Source of the DNA: a virus
Taxonomy: Duplodnaviria > Caudoviricetes
IMG/VR virus record: IMGVR_UViG_2883713342_000004
Location: 1,929 to 65,928 of that record
DNA length: 64,000 nt
Direction: 5' to 3' (one strand)
Position 1 is the stretch's first letter. Every line of letters starts with the position of its first letter. Positions 26,843-35,477 of this stretch are shown piece after piece. The translations under genes were made by a program, and so were the position numbers. Below the pieces are notes generated by a model. The model was given only the letters and a program-made list of their open reading frames with translations, was not told the origin of the DNA and searched no databases.

Positions 26843-27535
26843 TTAATCCTTGGTTGCGGCAATGACTTCCTGGTAGTACGGAGGCGAAACCGAGCTAGTA
26901 GAAAACGGGTTGCTGCCTTGAGCCCCGCTGCTGATATAAGTTCTATCAAGGGTGGTCAGATCAGATGGCTTTTTCCATGCGGTTGCTCCGGATCCGGAAG
27001 CCACGGTTACCTCCTCGACAAAGGCCTCATAATTTTCCGTATCCGCTCTTATGGCTTTCAATGTTTCCGGATCGGTCGCATGGTAATCATAAATAAACAT
27101 GGTGTGCCGGTGATCATTCAAATCATGGCTGTGCCCAGCTTGCGGATTGATATCTCCTCCGCTGCCGATATCCCCTGTTGCGGCATAGCAGAGCATGGCG
27201 TTGTCCTGCCAGTCGTCTTTACGCGTCCATCCGGTCGGCGCGGTATTTTGCCCGAACGCCGCGATACAGGTGCCGGCTTCGATATCTCCGGCGATACGGG
27301 CCGCTGCCTCTGCGGCATCGCCGGCTATCCTTGCTGCGGTTTCCTCGTCGGACGCAGCCTCGAAATACTGCAGCCACCGGTCCATAACCCGGAACGCCCA
27401 ATTGAAATATTGGAACGGCGGTTTTTCCAACTTCAGCCAACCGGCCAATTTTTTGGCGCCGGATGGCTCGATAAATTTATCCGGGTCATCATCGGTGATC
27501 CACTCCAAATGCCCGGTTGTCGGTTTATCCGCCAC
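26843..27535 (-). CDS. Short tail fibre protein (no signal peptide)
   Basis: Baseplate-anchor N-terminus EPSGAKKLAGW...PPFQYFNW...DRWLQY; collar-like APTGWTR and GHSH/HRH motifs. Confidence 0.8.
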   Translation of the reverse strand: MADKPTTGHLEWITDDDPDKFIEPSGAKKLAGWLKLEKPPFQYFNWAFRVMDRWLQYFEAASDEETAARIAGDAAEAAARIAGDIEAGTCIAAFGQNTAPTGWTRKDDWQDNAMLCYAATGDIGSGGDINPQAGHSHDLNDHRHTMFIYDYHATDPETLKAIRADTENYEAFVEEVTVASGSGATAWKKPSDLTTLDRTYISSGAQGSNPFSTSSVSPPYYQEVIAATKD

Positions 27536-27550
27536 GTTTTACTCCTTTTC

Positions 27551-29557
27551 TCAATTCACTTCTGCATTTTCGATCCCATTGACTGTCGGCGTTTCCGTCC
27601 AGTTTACCGTTGGTCCGGATGCGGCCTCCTCATCATAAACGTAGGCGCCTATGGGCCAACCCTCCGTGTCCATGCTTCTCGCGTCGATAATGATCTGATC
27701 CGGATCGGTGTCGTGGAACACTGTATCCGGTCCAAAAGCAAAGTCCCAGGGAATTGGATACGACTGCCCTTGGATCGTCAGTGTTGCGATATTGCCGCTC
27801 CCGAGATCCGCGCCCTGATCTATCAAAACGGTGCTGCTGGATGTCAGCCTGAAATCTCCTGCCGCCATATTACTAAGATAGGGATTGCCTACAGTATTCG
27901 TATCTGCAACTTGGCCCTGCAAGCCATTGTTGGTGAAACTGAGATCCGACCCGGCATCGGTTGTGTTGTCGTAAAGCCGCACAAAAATGCCGGTAGTATC
28001 CGGATCATAAGCGTGATTATTCCCTTGAATTATACCAGTTCCCGCGTCATCCAAATTGTCCCGTTGGCTCATAAAACGATAATCGGTCCTATTCATTCTG
28101 GCTTCGATTATCAGATTGTTACGAATCTTCGGCCCCTGCTCAAATTGATCTGCGTTGCAAGCCCACTTAATTCCCGAGTATGAGTAAGAGGTAGAAGGAA
28201 ACCCACCCGCATATGTCCACCCAAGAGAAGCATCTTCGGTTGCGGGCCTATAGATGGTGTTGTTAAAAGCCCACATATTGACAAAATCGTCATGGCTCCC
28301 ATTTTTTACTGCCGCATAGTTGATTCCCGAAAACTGGATGGTGTCCAAAATATTGGAAAAAACATATCCATTTATCACATCGAGCCCATTTAGCTCGAAC
28401 GTCCCATCAAAAGCTTGCGAAACGTTAATACCCATCCCGCAATTTTTTACCCGGTTCCCATAAACAAAAAAGTTTGCCGGATCGTAACCAATAGAAATGC
28501 CGCCAGCGGTACCCCAATCTTTATCGTCAGCGTGGATATTGAGAACATTATTAAACCTGACAATAATTGGGCCTTCTGCCGTCAAGGCGGCATCACCTTT
28601 AATGTCTATGCCTATCCTATGATTCTGTTGATACCAAATATCGCGTACGATATTATATTCAACCAAAGCGTTGCGAACATCGTTCAAGTACATTCCCACC
28701 TGATTATAATCTGTGCTTTCCGCGTGCAGGTAGTTGAATGAGATAATTAGATCATCGACGTTATCAAGGCCCATGTGAGGCAAAACGGTGTAGGTATTAT
28801 TGGGAGCCAGCTTTCCGATGTCATATAGATTGTTACCGTTATATCGACTCCCACCAATCGTCAGGTTATCCACAAAATCGTCTTGGCTTCCGGAGTTGGA
28901 TTTTAAAACGGAAATGCCACGACCCATTAATGAGTAAAACGTACTGTTTGTGATTGTGCTCGTGTCTACGTTTCCATCATAAAGAACTCCGCTCACCGTC
29001 CGGTAAAACGTGCAATTATCGATGTCGATATTAGTAGCTTCGTTGGCGGTCGTACCGTAAATATAGATCCCCGAACGAAAAACCTTTGCGTCGCCACCGT
29101 TGGGAGAGCTGCCACCCACCGGGTCCGTGGTGGATGTCCAGGCAGTGGTCTGGCCATCGAAATCGATGTTTTTGAAAATAAGAAAATCCTCACCGGTCAC
29201 ATAGATGCAGCCACGATAATGGGATAGATCGTCGTCACTATCCAGACTCCAATAACCATCGGGCGCGGAGGCGTCGTAGGCGCTTGCATTTCCATCATAC
29301 GTTACAGGATTGCCGGACGTGCCGCTATTGGGAACCGAAAACATTTCGGTGAAAGCCCCAGTAAAAATCACCGTATCGCCAGCCAGATCGGCAAAATTCC
29401 CCGTTCCAGCTTCCACAGTAGATTTGCTGGCACGGTTGGCGTAGTCGTCGCCGGATCCGTCACCAGCACTCGATTGAGCAGCCCAAAAATTGGCCGCGAA
29501 AACTGGCTGAACGGTAACGAGATAAACAAGCAGATATATGAGATATCGTTTGATCAT
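27551..29557 (-). CDS. Exported right-handed beta-helix (pectin-lyase-like) tailspike/depolymerase-like protein
   Basis: Signal peptide ending PVFA; SGTSGNPVT, Asn ladders (NNTI, IRNNLI), GDFRLTSSS, IGAY. Confidence 0.75.
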   Translation of the reverse strand: MIKRYLIYLLVYLVTVQPVFAANFWAAQSSAGDGSGDDYANRASKSTVEAGTGNFADLAGDTVIFTGAFTEMFSVPNSGTSGNPVTYDGNASAYDASAPDGYWSLDSDDDLSHYRGCIYVTGEDFLIFKNIDFDGQTTAWTSTTDPVGGSSPNGGDAKVFRSGIYIYGTTANEATNIDIDNCTFYRTVSGVLYDGNVDTSTITNSTFYSLMGRGISVLKSNSGSQDDFVDNLTIGGSRYNGNNLYDIGKLAPNNTYTVLPHMGLDNVDDLIISFNYLHAESTDYNQVGMYLNDVRNALVEYNIVRDIWYQQNHRIGIDIKGDAALTAEGPIIVRFNNVLNIHADDKDWGTAGGISIGYDPANFFVYGNRVKNCGMGINVSQAFDGTFELNGLDVINGYVFSNILDTIQFSGINYAAVKNGSHDDFVNMWAFNNTIYRPATEDASLGWTYAGGFPSTSYSYSGIKWACNADQFEQGPKIRNNLIIEARMNRTDYRFMSQRDNLDDAGTGIIQGNNHAYDPDTTGIFVRLYDNTTDAGSDLSFTNNGLQGQVADTNTVGNPYLSNMAAGDFRLTSSSTVLIDQGADLGSGNIATLTIQGQSYPIPWDFAFGPDTVFHDTDPDQIIIDARSMDTEGWPIGAYVYDEEAASGPTVNWTETPTVNGIENAEVN

Positions 29558-30483
29558 TAGATGGGCACCTTAACGCTCACACGCGGCATCATATAGAGAA
29601 AGACATCGCCAGTTCCGCCACTACCATCAACCTGCAAAATAATGGCAACCCTGCACACGTCATCGCCGGCCGTGGTGGGTTTCACCAATGTCTGTAAGCC
29701 GCCCCCGGTCGTACCGGCATACAGGGGCTTGCCTTCATCCTGGTTGCCCGTCAGGGTCGTAAACCCATCCCGCCGCGCAAGCATACCCTCCACGCGCACC
29801 GTGATACTGTTTCCGGTTGTGGCCGTGGAAACCGCCACGCCAATCATGGGAAAGGTTTCCTTGTCCGTAGCCGTGACATCGGCGTCGAAAAGAAAGATGC
29901 GGCCGCCGTCATTCACACCATCGTTTTTGAAATAAACCTGGGGGAATCCGGAAAAACTGGCCAGATTGATATCCTCGCCGGCGGTCAGGGTGAGATAATC
30001 CACGGCCATATATTCGCCATCGGAAAGACTGCTCAGCGTGCCGGTGACGCCGGCCGCAACATACCCCTGGGCTTCGGCTTCGGTGGCGATCTGCGTGTTG
30101 GTCACATCCTCGAGCTTGCCTTCGTCATCAAGCTCCGATTCTTTCAAAATCGGCCCGTCGTCGGGATCCCATTTTCTCCACACCCCCTGGGTGGAGAAAT
30201 CGTCGGGCCGGATAATGTCAGGGCTTGATTCGGCATCTGTGCCGTCCGCATCGAAGAGGAAGACTTGATAGGTAACCGTTGTGCCGCTGATGCTCGCCCT
30301 TACTGCCACGTCTCCATCGGAGAGATTCTCGTAATTCGGAGACCCGTAGCCCGTAATGTCCAGGGCGTCCAGGGCGCCGACGCCGCCGCCGGTCAAAGAC
30401 GTTACGCCCCAAAGGTTGGCCGCCTGCCCTTGGGTCGCTACCAAAAGGATCAGCAAAGAAAAAATTGAAAGGATTTTTCTCAT
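29557..30483 (-). CDS. Exported fibre/spike adaptor-like protein
   Basis: Signal peptide ending QGQA; tailspike-N-like SLTGGG...DADGTDAESSPDIIRPDD...GVW; C-terminal cement-like TAGEDI...IGVAV...GKPLY. Confidence 0.65.
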   Translation of the reverse strand: MRKILSIFSLLILLVATQGQAANLWGVTSLTGGGVGALDALDITGYGSPNYENLSDGDVAVRASISGTTVTYQVFLFDADGTDAESSPDIIRPDDFSTQGVWRKWDPDDGPILKESELDDEGKLEDVTNTQIATEAEAQGYVAAGVTGTLSSLSDGEYMAVDYLTLTAGEDINLASFSGFPQVYFKNDGVNDGGRIFLFDADVTATDKETFPMIGVAVSTATTGNSITVRVEGMLARRDGFTTLTGNQDEGKPLYAGTTGGGLQTLVKPTTAGDDVCRVAIILQVDGSGGTGDVFLYMMPRVSVKVPI

Positions 30484-30484
30484 T

Positions 30485-31159
30485 TTAATAGTCCTTGAAA
30501 GTTATTCCGCCCGTGTCCTTGAAAGCGATGCCGCCCGTGTCCTTGAATGAAATAGCCACCCTTTCGGATGTCATCTGGATATAGGCCAATTCTCCGCCGG
30601 ATGTCGGGTCGTCCACATCGCTGAATCCGTTGACCGTCGGATCGTCCGGATCGAAGCCGAAAGCGTTGGTGGGCGAAAAAATGATCGCCAGAAAATTCAC
30701 CTCGACGCCGGCGGCCGACACCTTCTGCATAAGGTCGTAAACGAACTGGCTGATATCGCCATCGATTGGTTCGTCCGCATATAGATCGACCTGCGCCGGG
30801 TAGACCTCGACCACCCGGATGGTCTCGGCCTGGGAAATGATCCGCCAGACGCTGATGATATCTTCCAGCGTTCCCCGGCTGACCAGTTGCCCGCAACGCG
30901 CCTTGAGGAGGATGCGGTAAATGGCATCGCTCCAGCCGGCCCTGGGCGTGCCCACGATCCGGCCAATGCCGTCCAGCTGGGCGCCCTCGGAGTCGTCGAT
31001 GCTCAGGCGCCCAGTCAGCGACGCAACGGCATCCTCCACCCCCTGCACCGGTTGCCCGTAAAGCGCCTGAATCAGCGCGGCAATATTCGGGCTGTGCCGG
31101 TACTGCATCAACAGCCGGGCCTGGGCGTCGGCCGTATGCGTGGTGATTGGAACAATCAT
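30485..31159 (-). CDS. Baseplate wedge protein (DUF2612-like)
   Basis: LLMQYRHSP...GAQLDGIGRIVG...DAIYRILLKAR; after baseplate J; C-terminal FKD x3 repeat. Confidence 0.8.
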   Translation of the reverse strand: MIVPITTHTADAQARLLMQYRHSPNIAALIQALYGQPVQGVEDAVASLTGRLSIDDSEGAQLDGIGRIVGTPRAGWSDAIYRILLKARCGQLVSRGTLEDIISVWRIISQAETIRVVEVYPAQVDLYADEPIDGDISQFVYDLMQKVSAAGVEVNFLAIIFSPTNAFGFDPDDPTVNGFSDVDDPTSGGELAYIQMTSERVAISFKDTGGIAFKDTGGITFKDY

Positions 31160-32364
31160 GATGTCGTCACCGTGATGTTGCCGTGGGTCCAGGAGGACAT
31201 CTCAACATCACCGCCCGACCCGTCGTCGATGTCCACGTTGTCGTCGCCGGTCGGTCCGGAATCCGTGCCGATCCTCACCGTCACATCGGTGATCCCGGCC
31301 ACTTGGGCCAGCTGGGCCACCAGGCTCGGATAGACCACGATGTCCACTCCGGCGCCCAGATCATTTCCCCATTCCACCAGCAGATCTTTGATGACCGCAT
31401 CGCCGTTGTCCGGGTAGTCGTCGTCAACCGTCAGGTCCAGCTCCAGGTAAATCGGGACCAGCACCGGCCTGGAAAACCGGCAGGTGTGGGTATAACCCTG
31501 GCTGTCCACCACATCCACGGATATATCGCCGTGAGGGCGAATGCCGGCCGGCTTGGCTTTCAGCATGAGCGTATCCGCAATCTCCTGATCCCGGTCGGTG
31601 ACGCCCCCGGCCTGATAAACCACCACGGCAATCGATTTGGCCGGGATGCCGCGGGCGTCCGTTTCCAGCGTGTAGTTCTCGAACACGCTGCAGTGCTCGA
31701 TGGCGGCTTTGGTGGTATCCTCGTTCAACGCCAGAATGGCCTTGCGGATCGCCTCGGTCGGCCCGGCATGGGATATCTGCAGGTTGTCATTTCTGCGAAT
31801 TCTCAGCTCCGCGTCGGTTTCCAGGTCGCGCCCCTCGACGGCCGCGTTGGGATTGGTGACGCTGTCCAGCCCGGAAATCGGTGTGTCGATGTTGGTCAGC
31901 GCCCCGGCAGACACGGAAATGGGTCCGGTTTCGGTGGCGATGCAGTCCACCGTGGCGCTGCCGCCGGAAAGGGTCGCCTCTTCTTCGGTTTCGAAAGTCA
32001 CATCCGGCGCACCGTCTACCGAGAGGACCGTTCCTGCCGGAACCACGGTGCCGTCGGTTCCGGACAGGGTGACGCCGGATATCCGGCTGTACGCCGCCGG
32101 CAGCCGGGTATGGGCCGTGATCGATGCACAGTGGTCCAGGCTGATGCCGTCGGCCGAATCCGGATACAGGGCGTTGTAGAGATCCTGCAGCGCCTCCCAG
32201 AGCAGGGCCTCGCGCTCGGCGAAAATACTTTTCAGCTGGCCGAACACGGATGGTGCGGTCGTGTTGATGTGCACCCCGAACGCGGCCCGGAGAGCGCCCT
32301 CGATCTCCGCTTCGCACTCGTTGATGGTTTTAAGGACAAACCCTTGCGCTGTCAGGCCGCTCAT
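31156..32364 (-). CDS. Baseplate J / Mu gp47-like protein
   Basis: ADGISLD, GTVVPAGT, GRDLETDAELRIR. Confidence 0.92.
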   Translation of the reverse strand: MSGLTAQGFVLKTINECEAEIEGALRAAFGVHINTTAPSVFGQLKSIFAEREALLWEALQDLYNALYPDSADGISLDHCASITAHTRLPAAYSRISGVTLSGTDGTVVPAGTVLSVDGAPDVTFETEEEATLSGGSATVDCIATETGPISVSAGALTNIDTPISGLDSVTNPNAAVEGRDLETDAELRIRRNDNLQISHAGPTEAIRKAILALNEDTTKAAIEHCSVFENYTLETDARGIPAKSIAVVVYQAGGVTDRDQEIADTLMLKAKPAGIRPHGDISVDVVDSQGYTHTCRFSRPVLVPIYLELDLTVDDDYPDNGDAVIKDLLVEWGNDLGAGVDIVVYPSLVAQLAQVAGITDVTVRIGTDSGPTGDDNVDIDDGSGGDVEMSSWTHGNITVTTS

Positions 32365-32717
32365 GGCACCACCTCTTCGAAGTAGATCTGCTCGCCTTCC
32401 TCATTGATCGCCCCGAACGCCACTTTCAGCTGCCGGGTCCGGGAATCCGCCAGCAGATCAAACGCAGTCAGCTCAACGATGCCCGGCGTATTGATAATGA
32501 CCGATTTGAAAATGCCATCCAGCACCACCGGGTTGGATTGCTTCACGAGAACTTGCTGCAAATAGGGTACGCCCTCGCGCAGGTCCCGGAACCATTCACC
32601 CATCCACGTCTTCAGCCGCTGGGCCAGGTGTTGCTCGATGGCGTCGCCTTCGGTCACCTTGGCCAGATCGCGGTTGGAGACGATCAGATCCCAATTGCTG
32701 TCCAGGGCCAGGTCCAC
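32361..32717 (-). CDS. Baseplate wedge / sheath initiator (gp25/gp46-like)
   Basis: QRLKTWMGEWFRDLREGVPY. Confidence 0.8.
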   Translation of the reverse strand: MDLALDSNWDLIVSNRDLAKVTEGDAIEQHLAQRLKTWMGEWFRDLREGVPYLQQVLVKQSNPVVLDGIFKSVIINTPGIVELTAFDLLADSRTRQLKVAFGAINEEGEQIYFEEVVP

Positions 32718-32941
32718 TATTCGAGGTCCCCCTTACCGGTCAGCGCCCCGCCCAGGCTGTCCAGAAACGTGCCAGGTGTGGCATTTCCGTTGGCCGTGAT
32801 GTGGTCAACGATAGCCGTACAGATCACCTGCCACTGTTGCTCGAGGATCGCCTTCTCATTGACGTCCAGCATGCCGCCCGGAACCGTGGCGGCAATCGCC
32901 GCCGCCACTTCCGAACCCATCTGGTTGCCGTTCATCGCCAT
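32717..32941 (-). CDS. Small baseplate-associated protein
   Basis: 74 aa, coupled between spike and wedge genes. Confidence 0.55.
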   Translation of the reverse strand: MAMNGNQMGSEVAAAIAATVPGGMLDVNEKAILEQQWQVICTAIVDHITANGNATPGTFLDSLGGALTGKGDLE

Positions 32942-32943
32942 CG

Positions 32944-33612
32944 CTATGTCCTCTTGATCGTTGCCAGCCGGCTGCGGTCATCCTGCAGTGCTGTGATGGT
33001 CGTATGGTAAAACGGCATGGCGCCCGCCGCCGTTATTACCCTCGCATCGATCAGATGTCCGATGAGGCTGTCCACGATGGTGAGAAATTCCTCCGACGCG
33101 CCGGAAATGGAGATTTTCCCGGAAGGTTCCATCTCGATGCGCATCTGATTATTTTGCAGCACCGTATTGGCGGCGCTGGTATCGGATAGCGGGTTGCCGA
33201 ACGGTCGCAGCCCGGGAATAAAAATCGGATCCTTGATATGATGAATCCGGGCATCGGACGGCGCTACGATCTGTCCGCTGCCGGCCAGCCAGGCGTCCAG
33301 ACTGCGGTCCGCGAACACCAGCATGCCCAGGTCGCCGGATGCCACCGGAAGATGCAGGTAGGCACTGCCCCCCGCCGCCGACGGCCACTGCACCGGCACG
33401 TCCGTGATCACCGGAAGTTCCGCCCGGCCGCTGTCTCCTTCGGAAAGTTTCTGAATATACTGTTTTTTGAAAAGCGGCTTGACGTTGGCCTTCTGAGCAG
33501 AATGATCGTATTTTTCGATGCGGGCGGGAAGGCACACGCGCAGGTCCAGCATCTGGCGCCGGATAGCGTCCATGATGACTTTGGCCATCGTCTTGCCCGC
33601 TTTTCCGCTCAT
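32944..33612 (-). CDS. Baseplate spike protein (Gp138-N/gpV-like)
   Basis: CLPARIEKYD...DVPVQWP...GDLGMLVFADRSLDAW...RIHHIKD. Confidence 0.85.
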   Translation of the reverse strand: MSGKAGKTMAKVIMDAIRRQMLDLRVCLPARIEKYDHSAQKANVKPLFKKQYIQKLSEGDSGRAELPVITDVPVQWPSAAGGSAYLHLPVASGDLGMLVFADRSLDAWLAGSGQIVAPSDARIHHIKDPIFIPGLRPFGNPLSDTSAANTVLQNNQMRIEMEPSGKISISGASEEFLTIVDSLIGHLIDARVITAAGAMPFYHTTITALQDDRSRLATIKRT

Positions 33613-34451
33613 AGGGTCACCGCCACGCCTTCAGCGTACCAGCTCTGGCCGTGGGTATCGCCGACGAAGTCCACCGCCTCCAGTTTGTACAAACCGTTTA
33701 CGGATTGATTCTGATCACATTGAATTTTTACCAGTCGGCCCGGTGCGATGCCGGGAAGAATCAGGGCCGTGAACTCAATCCCGGCCGTTCCTTCGTTGAC
33801 ATCGCGCAGCACGGGCACGCCCACCAGCCCGGTGGCGGGCGTAAGCAAAACAGCCTCTGCCGGCAGGGCCTGGTTTTTGGGCAGCACCTGCAGCGTGTTA
33901 TTCTGGATCGACCACTCCAACCCCTGGTTTTTGGTCAGCCGATCCATCGCGTCTTTGCTCATTTCGGATAGCACGTCACCGCGCTCCGTTTTTTTGGACT
34001 CGATCCCGATCATGGAACCCAACGCCACTTTGCCCTGTTCGACGAACGACTTGGCCACATCCTGCATGATGGCTTTCATGTCCGTGCCCGCCGCGTAACT
34101 GCGGTCCACGTGCACGCGCCGGATTGCATTGCGGCCGTCCCCGCATTCGATGGTGGTCACCCAGTCGGCGCCCTGGCGGGAAACGTAGGCGCGGGCGACG
34201 TCGCCGACGTAGAGCGTTTCCAGGCGGTCCCCGTAACCGGCCTCCAGCATCACGAACGCATCCTCTTTGCTCACCATCGCCCGCGAATTTTTCGATAGGT
34301 TGTACAGGGTGATTTTGGCCGTGTTGGGAAAGCTTTCCGAGTTCTTCTCGATCTGGAACACCGTGCGCAAACCAGTAATCTTGAGGGCCTCGCCGCTTTT
34401 GCGGCTGCCCAGGGTAACGGCGCTATTGCGTTCGAAAAGCCGATCACTCAT
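33609..34451 (-). CDS. Baseplate hub protein
   Basis: NTAKITLYNLS...LEAGYG...WSIQN...LLTPATGLVGVP. Confidence 0.8.
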   Translation of the reverse strand: MSDRLFERNSAVTLGSRKSGEALKITGLRTVFQIEKNSESFPNTAKITLYNLSKNSRAMVSKEDAFVMLEAGYGDRLETLYVGDVARAYVSRQGADWVTTIECGDGRNAIRRVHVDRSYAAGTDMKAIMQDVAKSFVEQGKVALGSMIGIESKKTERGDVLSEMSKDAMDRLTKNQGLEWSIQNNTLQVLPKNQALPAEAVLLTPATGLVGVPVLRDVNEGTAGIEFTALILPGIAPGRLVKIQCDQNQSVNGLYKLEAVDFVGDTHGQSWYAEGVAVTL

Positions 34452-34770
34452 CCTCGGCCTCCACATAGATCAGCTTGACGTCCTGGCCGAAATTCTCCCG
34501 GTCCGGCTCGCCGTATGTGTCGACGAAGTTGACCACGAACAGCCGCCCCGGGGGGAATGCGGCGTCGGAATAATGGGCCAGCAGGTCCACACCCAGGCGA
34601 ACGGCCCGGCCGGCCAGAAGAACCGTCTCGTCGGCGGCCAGCAGGTCCAGGAACCAGGCATCGGCCCGAGTGTTGTACCGCAGCCGGAATCCGTACACCG
34701 TGCCGTCCAGTTCGATGTTGAAACTCTGGTAGGGCGTATCCGCCGCAACGGGTAATGCCACCAGGCCCAT
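34444..34770 (-). CDS. Baseplate plug-like protein
   Basis: QSFNIELDG...RYNTRADAWFLDL...GVDLL. Confidence 0.75.
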   Translation of the reverse strand: MGLVALPVAADTPYQSFNIELDGTVYGFRLRYNTRADAWFLDLLAADETVLLAGRAVRLGVDLLAHYSDAAFPPGRLFVVNFVDTYGEPDRENFGQDVKLIYVEAEDE

Positions 34771-35474
34771 TACTCATCTCCAACAATCAGTTGATAAAGC
34801 CAGCTGGCGTACTTTTCCTCGGCGTCGCTCAGCGTCGAGGATTGCTGCCGGCCGGCCTGCTTTTCGGAAGATCCCAGATCCCGCGTATCCTCGCTCAATG
34901 CCTCCCTGGGCACCGCCACCGTCTCGCTGTTGACGATCCGGACTTCCCGGAAGGAAGCCGAGAAAACCAGCGCCCCGGCATTTTGCGCCGTGCGCAACGG
35001 AGAAAACCGTTCCATCACCATGTTCGTAAATGTGGCCAGCCCCGACACGATGGTCAGCAAAACTTTTTTCTCGTAAATTTCCTCGAATACATCCAGGGCC
35101 GCCCTGGCCGGCTTCGGCGATGCGGCCACCATGCGATTGCCCAGGATAACCGCCGCCGCCGTGGCCACGGTTTTCGCCGGTCCGGAAAAAATCCCGCCCA
35201 CGATGCCGGCGGCATTGCCGATCATGGCCGTGGTCAGGTTGATGGGCGAATCGCTCACTGATCCATCGATGTTCAGCGTCCGGCCCTTTTGGATGATGTG
35301 GTCCGAGATCTCGGAACCGTCCTCCACCGCGTGGGCCGTGGCATGGGCGTCAAGGGAAAACCGCTCGCTGTGCGTGCAGTCCACCTGCAGCAGCACGCGT
35401 TCCGCATCGCCGGTGTTGTACTGCAGGGTCAGCCGGCGCGGAAAAAAAACGGTATGAATGCTTTCGAAGGCCAT
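34770..35474 (-). CDS. Dit-like / tube initiator baseplate protein
   Basis: ATAHAVEDGSEISDHI; follows the tape measure. Confidence 0.8.
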   Translation of the reverse strand: MAFESIHTVFFPRRLTLQYNTGDAERVLLQVDCTHSERFSLDAHATAHAVEDGSEISDHIIQKGRTLNIDGSVSDSPINLTTAMIGNAAGIVGGIFSGPAKTVATAAAVILGNRMVAASPKPARAALDVFEEIYEKKVLLTIVSGLATFTNMVMERFSPLRTAQNAGALVFSASFREVRIVNSETVAVPREALSEDTRDLGSSEKQAGRQQSSTLSDAEEKYASWLYQLIVGDE

Positions 35475-35477
35475 GAT

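Noticed and set aside
26660-28183. 507 aa plus-strand ORF across the fibre genes (likewise 31183-32385, 44836-46035, 49054-49986)
   Set aside because: Opposite to well-supported structural or lysis genes; composition typical of shadow frames
22054-30483. Diversity-generating retroelement or invertible tail-fibre (Gin-type) system
   Set aside because: No reverse transcriptase, no invertase, no TR/VR pair or flanking inverted crossover sites seen; all genes are co-oriented
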